Of a stretch of 64,000 nt of DNA, positions 57,747 through 64,000 are shown piece by piece. Where the stretch lies: contig DASWHK010000258.1 in the NCBI GenBank assembly GCA_036398215.1, positions 12,700-76,699 of the forward strand. Reading direction: 5' to 3'. Each line of letters opens with the position of its first letter. The first letter of the stretch is position 1. Under the pieces are notes generated by a model. The model did not search any database, was not told the DNA's origin, and worked only from the letters and a program-made list of their open reading frames with translations. A program made the position numbers and the translations under genes. This stretch comes from Acidobacteriota bacterium. GTDB taxonomy: Bacteria > Acidobacteriota > UBA890.

Positions 57747-59156
57747 TCAGAAGCTCGTCAACAGGCCGGCCAGCGTCGCCACCGTGAAGGTCGCCAGGGT
57801 GCCCCCCAGGACGGCGCGCAGGCCGAGGCTGGCCAGGTCACTGCGGCGCGTCGGCGCCAGGCTGCCGATACCCCCGATCTGGATACCGATCGAGGCGAAG
57901 TTGGCGAAGCCGCACAGCGCGTAGGAGGCGATGAGCTCCGACTTGGGCGACAGCGCGCCCTCCCGCAGCAGCGCCGACAGCTCCACGTAGGCGACGAACT
58001 CGTTGAGCATCAGCTTGATGCCGAACAGCTCGCCTACGGCGCCGCTTTCGGCCCAAGGGACCCCCATTACGAAGGCGACCGGAGCGAACAGCGTGGCGAG
58101 GATCGGCCGCAGGCCGAGAGCGATCGGCGCCGGGCCGCGGACCAGGAAGACGGCGACCGCGACCACTGCGACGACCGCGCCGGCACCCAACGTGAGGTTG
58201 CGGCCGCGAGGGCCCGGCCGCCAGCCGAGCAGGTAGGCGCCGAGCATCGCGGCAAACAGGCCGAGCGCCACGGCCAGCCGGGTGGCGCTCGCAAAAACGC
58301 CGCCGACGGCGGCGAGCACGCCGTCGATCAGGTAGATCAGGGCCACGAACGCCACCAGCATGCCGCCGATGTTGAGCGCCAGCATGATTCCCTGGCCGGC
58401 GCCGCGGGCGGCGGCATCGATGATGTTGACGTCGGTCGGCTCGACGTCGATGGTCACCGCGCCGGCAGTCTTCGACTCGCCGGTCTCGGGGATCAACAGC
58501 TTGGCCATGACCAACGAGGCCGGCGCCGCCATGACACTGGCTGACAGCAGGTACTCGGGACGCACGCCGAGACCGATATACGAGGCCAGGACCGCCCCGG
58601 ACACGGTTGCCATGCCGCTGGTCATCAACGCCATGAGCTCCGAGGTGGTCATCGCGGGAATGTAAGGCGAGACGATGATCGGCGCCTCGGTCTGGCCCAT
58701 GAACACGTTGGCGGCGGCGGCCAGCGACTCGGCGCCCGAGACCCCCATCAACCGGTGCATCGCCCTGGCCATGATCAGGACGATGCGCTGCATCACCCCT
58801 AGGTAGTAGAAGACGCTGAACAGCGATGAGATGAAGATGACGATCGGCAGCACCCGGAAGGCGAACACGTAGCCGAGATCGCCCCCTGGATCGGCGGCTT
58901 CGCCGAAGACGAACAGCGAGCCCTGGTCGGCGAACACCAACAGGGCCTGGACGCCGGCGCCGAGGGCCTCGAACATCGCTCGACCCCACGGCGTCTTGAG
59001 GATGACCAGCGCGAAGATCACCTGCAGCCCCAGGCCCCAGGCGATCAGGCGAGGCGAGATCGCGCGGCGATTTCGCGACATCAGCAAGGCGATGCCGTAG
59101 AGAGCCACGAGGCCGACCAAACCGATCATGGACGCCGCTCCTCCCCCGATGCGCAT
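57747..59156 (-). CDS. nupC: Concentrative nucleoside transporter NupC family
   Basis: ~10 transmembrane segments, CNT motifs (GIKLMLNEFVAY, LCGFANFASIGIQIGG); start uncertain (M35 MRIGGG or M44 MIGLVG; the ORF track extends to 59258). Confidence 0.8.
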   Translation of the reverse strand: MRIGGGAASMIGLVGLVALYGIALLMSRNRRAISPRLIAWGLGLQVIFALVILKTPWGRAMFEALGAGVQALLVFADQGSLFVFGEAADPGGDLGYVFAFRVLPIVIFISSLFSVFYYLGVMQRIVLIMARAMHRLMGVSGAESLAAAANVFMGQTEAPIIVSPYIPAMTTSELMALMTSGMATVSGAVLASYIGLGVRPEYLLSASVMAAPASLVMAKLLIPETGESKTAGAVTIDVEPTDVNIIDAAARGAGQGIMLALNIGGMLVAFVALIYLIDGVLAAVGGVFASATRLAVALGLFAAMLGAYLLGWRPGPRGRNLTLGAGAVVAVVAVAVFLVRGPAPIALGLRPILATLFAPVAFVMGVPWAESGAVGELFGIKLMLNEFVAYVELSALLREGALSPKSELIASYALCGFANFASIGIQIGGIGSLAPTRRSDLASLGLRAVLGGTLATFTVATLAGLLTSF

Positions 59157-59332
59157 CCCCGCCCTTCGCGGACCGGCCAACGACACGGGCCGGCGAGAGC
59201 CGCTCCCGGCCCGTAGCCGCGGCCATGGTATACGAAACTCCCATGGGAGCTTCGTCACGAGCCCTTAGGGTCGCCGGCGCTCGTCGCCCGGCGAGGGCGG
59301 CCGGCGGGCACCATGCTATATTCGCCCGCACC

Positions 59333-60661
59333 GTGGACATCGACGCCTTCGCCGCGCTGCGCTACGCCGACAGCCTCGCCACCGAGCTCGATCGCTGCAT
59401 CTCGCTTCCCTACGACCAGTTCGGGGACGAGGGACGAGACGAGCGCTATCGCCGCCACCCGCGCAACGTCGTCCGGCTGATCAAGCCCCGTCCCGAGGCC
59501 GGGTTGGCGGCCCACGAACCGGCCCGCCGGACGCTCGTCGACTGGCAGCGCGAGGGGGTGTTGCGGCGCGACCCTCGCGCGGCCGTCTACCCCTACCGGC
59601 AGCGGGCCGAGATCGGCGGCGAGCGGCTGGAGCGCTGGGCCGTGATTTGCCGCCTGCGCCTGAGCCCCTTCGACGACGGCCCGGTAAAGCCCCACGAGCG
59701 GACCTATCCGGACACGGTCGGCGAGCGCAGCCGGTTGCGCGAGGTCGTCGGCGCCGACCTTGGCCTCATTCTGGTCGGCTACGACGATCCCGGCGGCAGC
59801 GCCGACGCCATGGTGCGCGAGGCCGCCGGCGAGCCCGGGTTGCTGGAGGCCACCGACGAGACCGGGACCGCCAATGCGCTGTGGAGATGGGACGACGCGG
59901 CGCGCGTCGAGGCGCTGCGCGGCGCGCTCCGTAACACCAGCGCCTTCATCGCCGACGGTCACCATCGCTATACCGCGGCTCTCGGCCACTGGCAGGCGCG
60001 CGGCGCCGACCCCGAGGACCTCGCCGGATGGGTGATGGCCGCCCTGGTATCCGCGGCCTCACCGGGACTGCGCATCTTTCCAACCCACCGCCTCGTCGGG
60101 CCGGCGCCGGGGCCCGAGGCGCGGGCCTTGTGGGAGGCGGCGGGCCTGCGGCTGACGCCCCTCGGGCGCGCGACCACCGCCGGGGCGGCCGCCGAGGCGG
60201 CCGGCCGGGCCCTGGCCGAGGCCGGCGGCGACCATGCCATCGTCGTCCTGCAGCGCGATGACGGCGGCTTGCGCGCCGACCTGGCGCGGGCCGCCCGCGG
60301 CAGCCTGGTGGCGGCGCCGTGGCCGAGCGGCGTGCCGGCGAGCTGGCGCCAGCTGGACGTTCCGGTGCTGCACAGCCTGATGCTCGATCCCTGGCTCGGC
60401 GAGGCGTTGTCCGGGCAGACCAAGGACCACGGCGCCATCGACTACTGCAACGACCACCTGCAGGCTGCCGAGCGGGTGGCCAGCGGGCAGCGCGGCGCCG
60501 CGTTCCTGGTGGCACCGCTCGCCGTCAAAGACGTCCAGCGCACGGTTGCCGCCGGCGACGTCCTGCCGGCCAAGTCGACCAACTTCCTTCCCAAGGTGGT
60601 CGCCGGCCTCACCATCCACTCCTTCGCCGAGGCCGACGGGACCGCCGCGGCCGGCCGATGA
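59333..60661 (+). CDS. DUF1015 family protein
   Basis: FAALRY...SLPYD...IADGHHRY...THERTYP signatures; proposed GTG start at 59333 (the ORF-track ATG at 59225 adds an Arg-rich 36-aa extension overlapping a repeat). Confidence 0.7.
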   Translation: MDIDAFAALRYADSLATELDRCISLPYDQFGDEGRDERYRRHPRNVVRLIKPRPEAGLAAHEPARRTLVDWQREGVLRRDPRAAVYPYRQRAEIGGERLERWAVICRLRLSPFDDGPVKPHERTYPDTVGERSRLREVVGADLGLILVGYDDPGGSADAMVREAAGEPGLLEATDETGTANALWRWDDAARVEALRGALRNTSAFIADGHHRYTAALGHWQARGADPEDLAGWVMAALVSAASPGLRIFPTHRLVGPAPGPEARALWEAAGLRLTPLGRATTAGAAAEAAGRALAEAGGDHAIVVLQRDDGGLRADLARAARGSLVAAPWPSGVPASWRQLDVPVLHSLMLDPWLGEALSGQTKDHGAIDYCNDHLQAAERVASGQRGAAFLVAPLAVKDVQRTVAAGDVLPAKSTNFLPKVVAGLTIHSFAEADGTAAAGR

Positions 60662-60752
60662 GCACGGCATCGTCGGGCACGCACCTTGTATCCACGGGCC
60701 TCTCCACGCCCTCGCGACGAACCGCGATGAGAAAGCGGGCCAGGAGGCGGTG

Positions 60753-62951
60753 GTGAAAGCACGGCCTCCCGGGCTCGGGGTAGGGCGCCGCGCGTCATCC
60801 CCCCGGCGGGCGCTGCCGGTGGCGGTCATCGCGATCGCCGCCTCGATCGGCCTCGGCCACGGGGTGGGCCCCGCAGCGACCGGCGGTAGCGCCTCCGCCG
60901 CGTCCCCGCGGCAGGGGGGGCAGCTTGCCATCGACGAGCTGCTGTCGATTGCCCATCCGAGCCAGCCGACCTGGTCGCCGCGGGGCGAGCGGATCGCCTT
61001 GCTGCGTGAGCGCGACGGCGCCGTCGACCTCTGGTGGACCGCGGAGTCGACGCCCGAGCCGGTGGCGGTCACCGCCGAGGCGGGCGAGCCCCGGCCAGGG
61101 GCGGTCGACGGCTTCTGCTGGACCGCCGACGGCGCCGGCTTGATCTACGCGCTCGCCGGCGATCTCTATCTCTACGAGCTTGGGAGCGGCGTCCCGCGCC
61201 GGCTCACCGCGACCCCGGCCGCCGACTCGGGCCCGACGCTGTCGCCGGACGGGCGGCGGCTGGCGTTCCTCCGCGACGGCGCCGTCTGGGTGGTGTCGTT
61301 CCCGGGGATGGAGGGCGGCAGCGTCGGCGACGTCGACGGAGGCTTTCGCGAGCTCCGCTGGAGCCCCGGCGGCGCCTTCCTGGCGGCCCTCTGGGGCGAG
61401 AGCGAGCGCCTGATCGAGAGCACCCGCGACCTGGCCGGATCGAAGCTGGAGTTCTCCCGCCGCCGACGGACCCCCGCGGACCTGGCGCTTATCGACGCGT
61501 CCTCCGGCCGCCTGCGCTGGCTGGAGCGCGGCGACGCCTACGCCGGCGAGGCGACCTTCGCCGCCACCGGAAGGCTGGCCTGGCAGGAGGTTTCCCACGA
61601 CGCCAAACAGCGCCGCATCCTCGCCGCTGCACCGCCGGAGTGGGAGCCGGAGGTCCTGGTGCACGAGGTCGAGGAGGCCTGGTGGACGCTCACCTACCTG
61701 GAGGCCGGGCCGCGCTGGCACCCGGACGGCGAGCGGTTGGTCTTTCTTTCCGAGCGCGATGGCTGGTCGCATCTCTACCTGCTGGATCCGGCGGAACCGG
61801 GGGCCGAGCCGCTGCAGCTGACGCGCGGCGAGTTCGAGGTGGAGGAGCCGGCGTGGTCGCCGCTGGGTGATCGCATCGCGGTCTCGTCGAACCGTGGCTC
61901 GCTGGCCGAGCGCGGGTTGTTTCTGCTCGATATGGCAGGAGAGCGGCGCTCCGCGGGGGCCACCCCCGCGCTCGTGCCGATCTCGCGCCTGCGTGGCACC
62001 TCGACGGCGGCTCGCTGGCGGCCCGACGGTCAGCGGCTCCTGTTCCTGCACGCCGATCCGCTCAACCCCCTCGACCTCTGGGTGCAGCGGCCGGCGGCGG
62101 CGACCGCCGAGCAGCTCACCGACTCCTGGCCCGAGGCCGTCGCCGAGTCGGAGCTGATCGCGCCGCAAATGGTCCGCTACGCGAGCAACGACGGGCAGCT
62201 CATCCCGGCGCAGCTGTTCCTGCCTGCGAACCACGACGAGAGCGACGCGCCGCTGCCGGCGGTCGTCTGGGTGCACGGCGGCGGCATCAGGCAAAACCGC
62301 TACGGCTGGCATCCGCTGCGCGCCTACGCGGTCTTCTACGGCTTCCACCAATACCTGGTGCAGCAGGGCTACGTGGTGCTGGCGGTCGACTACCGGGGCA
62401 GCGTCGGCTACGGCAAGGCCTTCCGGCAGGCCCAGCACCTCGATCTCGGCGGCCGCGATCTGGACGACGTGTTGGCGGCGGTCCGCTACCTGGGGCGGAT
62501 CGAAGACGTCGAGGTGGGCCGTATCGGCCTGTGGGGGATCTCCTACGGCGGCTACCTGACGCTCCAGGCGCTCGTGCAGGCGCCGACGGCGTTCGATGCC
62601 GGCATCAACGTCGCCGGGGTCGCCGATTGGGCGGATTGGGCCGTCGACCCCGGGGGTCTGTGGATCGAGGGCCGCATGGGCCCGGTCGCCGAGAACCCCG
62701 AGCTCTACCGCCAGCGCAGCCCCATCCATTTCGTCGAGCGGCTGGCGCGCCCACTGCTGAGCTTGCACGGTACCGCCGACTCCTCGGTGCCGGTGCTGCA
62801 GAGCTTCCGGCTCGTCGATGCGCTGGTCGCCGCCGGCAGGCCGTTCGAGGTCATGTTCTACCCCGGCGAGCAGCACGTGTTCACCCGCGACCGCTCCTGG
62901 CGGGACGCCTTCCGCCGGGTCGAGGAGTTCTTCGACCGGCACCTGCGGTAG
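60753..62951 (+). CDS. S9-family serine peptidase (prolyl oligopeptidase / dipeptidyl aminopeptidase type) with N-terminal beta-propeller and signal peptide
   Basis: GTG start 6 nt after AGGAGG; signal peptide RRALPVAVIAIAASIGLG; WSPDG/WHPDG propeller repeats; GISYGG nucleophile elbow with Asp/His downstream. Confidence 0.8.
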   Translation: MKARPPGLGVGRRASSPRRALPVAVIAIAASIGLGHGVGPAATGGSASAASPRQGGQLAIDELLSIAHPSQPTWSPRGERIALLRERDGAVDLWWTAESTPEPVAVTAEAGEPRPGAVDGFCWTADGAGLIYALAGDLYLYELGSGVPRRLTATPAADSGPTLSPDGRRLAFLRDGAVWVVSFPGMEGGSVGDVDGGFRELRWSPGGAFLAALWGESERLIESTRDLAGSKLEFSRRRRTPADLALIDASSGRLRWLERGDAYAGEATFAATGRLAWQEVSHDAKQRRILAAAPPEWEPEVLVHEVEEAWWTLTYLEAGPRWHPDGERLVFLSERDGWSHLYLLDPAEPGAEPLQLTRGEFEVEEPAWSPLGDRIAVSSNRGSLAERGLFLLDMAGERRSAGATPALVPISRLRGTSTAARWRPDGQRLLFLHADPLNPLDLWVQRPAAATAEQLTDSWPEAVAESELIAPQMVRYASNDGQLIPAQLFLPANHDESDAPLPAVVWVHGGGIRQNRYGWHPLRAYAVFYGFHQYLVQQGYVVLAVDYRGSVGYGKAFRQAQHLDLGGRDLDDVLAAVRYLGRIEDVEVGRIGLWGISYGGYLTLQALVQAPTAFDAGINVAGVADWADWAVDPGGLWIEGRMGPVAENPELYRQRSPIHFVERLARPLLSLHGTADSSVPVLQSFRLVDALVAAGRPFEVMFYPGEQHVFTRDRSWRDAFRRVEEFFDRHLR

Positions 62952-63157
62952 CCCGACGGGTTCTCGAGATGACCTCAGTGTAGGCTCCGGGTGTACGACA
63001 GATTTGTGAGATGACCGTAGGCTCCCGTCCATTTGTCGGCGCCGCCGGATCCGTGCTATCTTGGGAACTCTGCTCCCCCGCTCCCGGAACATGCGAATCC
63101 CGGCATAGCTGCGCCGTGCCAAGCGAGCGTGGCGGCCATTCATCTCGTGGAGACACG

Positions 63158-64000
63158 GTGAACGCAACGGCCTCACAGCGAGCCGCGACCCTGCTGGCGG
63201 CGGTCGTCCTGCTGGCGACGTCCGCCGGCGCTCAGCAGCAGGCGGCGCCCCCCCGGGTTCGCATCACCACTCCGGAAGAGGGCGCCTTCGTGTCGGGCCC
63301 CACGGTGATCTCGGCCGAGGTCACGGCGGCGGCGGGCACCGAGATCGTACGGGTGCAGTTCTTCGTCAACGACGTCGAGATCGGCTCGCGGAGCGAGCCG
63401 CCCTGGGAGATCGCCTGGGAGGCTGGCGAGTCCTTCGCCCGCCGGGTCGTCCGCGTGCTGGCCACCGACTCCAGCGGCGCGCAGGGCGAGGAGACCGTGC
63501 TCACCCGCGACCTCGAGACCGCCGTTTTCAACGCCGCGGTCGACTACGTCCCGCTGTCGGTCACCGTCACCGACAATCGGGGCGTCTACGTTCCCGGCCT
63601 CACCCGGGATGACTTCGAGGTCTACGAGAACGGCAAGCGCCAGCAGATCACCCTCTTCGACAGCGAGCCGCGGCCGATGGTGATCGGGCTGATGATCGAC
63701 ACCTCGGGAAGCATGGAGGGCATCAAGATGGAGCGCGCCAAGCAGGGGGCCGGCGCCTTCCTCGAGTACATCACCGAGCAGGACAACGCCTTCGTGATGG
63801 GCTTCGACTCCTTCCCGAACCTGTTGCAGGACCTGACGGCGAGCCGCGGGCGGCTGCGCGAGGCGATCCAGCAGATGACGCCCCAGGGGGCGACGTCGCT
63901 GAACATGGCGATCGTCGAGGGCGCGGACGTGCTGGTCGAGAGGCCGGAGCGGCGGGCCATGATCATCCTCTCCGACGGCTTCGACACCGTCCAAGCGGTC
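63158..64000 (+). CDS. von Willebrand factor A (VWA) domain protein with signal peptide and Ig-like N-domain, 3'-truncated at window edge
   Basis: GTG start; signal peptide AATLLAAVVLLATSAGAQQ; MIDAS motif LMIDTSGSM; frame stays open to nt 64000 (not in the ORF track because no stop is reached). Confidence 0.7.
   Translation, partial: MNATASQRAATLLAAVVLLATSAGAQQQAAPPRVRITTPEEGAFVSGPTVISAEVTAAAGTEIVRVQFFVNDVEIGSRSEPPWEIAWEAGESFARRVVRVLATDSSGAQGEETVLTRDLETAVFNAAVDYVPLSVTVTDNRGVYVPGLTRDDFEVYENGKRQQITLFDSEPRPMVIGLMIDTSGSMEGIKMERAKQGAGAFLEYITEQDNAFVMGFDSFPNLLQDLTASRGRLREAIQQMTPQGATSLNMAIVEGADVLVERPERRAMIILSDGFDTVQAV

Noticed and set aside
59225-59332. ATG at 59225 as DUF1015 start (MVYETPMGASSRALRVAGARRPARAAGG...)
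   Set aside because: The extension is Arg/Ala-rich, overlaps a repeat fragment and the nupC 5' region; DUF1015 proteins begin ~10 aa before the ALRY motif, so GTG at 59333 is preferred (kept as an alternative).

Overview
This is a high-GC (~70%) chromosomal window from a diderm bacterium (LptD and LPS/dTDP-sugar genes present), almost entirely core genes on both strands. It starts inside dnaG, followed by rpoD and tRNA-Met(CAT), then a conserved zinc-ribbon (COG1579) + RNase HI pair. A near-complete division/cell-wall (dcw) cluster lies on the minus strand (mraZ-rsmH-ftsL-ftsI-murE-murF-mraY-murD-ftsW-murC-murB-ftsQ-ftsA-ftsZ), followed by a TIGR03960-like radical SAM gene and pgeF; murG and ddl are notably absent. 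Further along are htpX, two SDR sugar epimerase/reductases, rmlA-like, lptD, folC-accD, mtnA-tsaD-ROK kinase, lepB, yggT/yggS, an ECF sigma / zinc anti-sigma / beta-helical membrane-protein module, rqcH (NFACT), a lytic transglycosylase, gap-pgk-tpiA-secG, tRNA-Leu(GAG), ispH, korAB (2-oxoacid:ferredoxin oxidoreductase), yggX, a nucleoside operon (nupC-PNP-amidohydrolase-deoC), DUF1015, an S9 peptidase and a partial VWA gene. There is no CRISPR, IS element or obvious defence island. What the gene models do not explain is a layer of small non-coding repeats: (i) a REP-like ~40-nt intergenic family with at least 10 copies, (ii) two inverted copies of a 133-bp MITE-like element with 13-bp terminal inverted repeats that bracket the kor segment, (iii) a 169-bp nested palindrome with perfect 27-bp arms, and (iv) a 17-mer shared between two intergenic regions. 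Regulatory calls (mraZ promoter with MraZ-type direct repeats, gap promoter, a sigW-like ECF promoter, two intrinsic terminators) and all repeat coordinates were read by eye and should be confirmed computationally. Many long ORFs in the supplied track are GC-rich antisense artefacts and were ignored.
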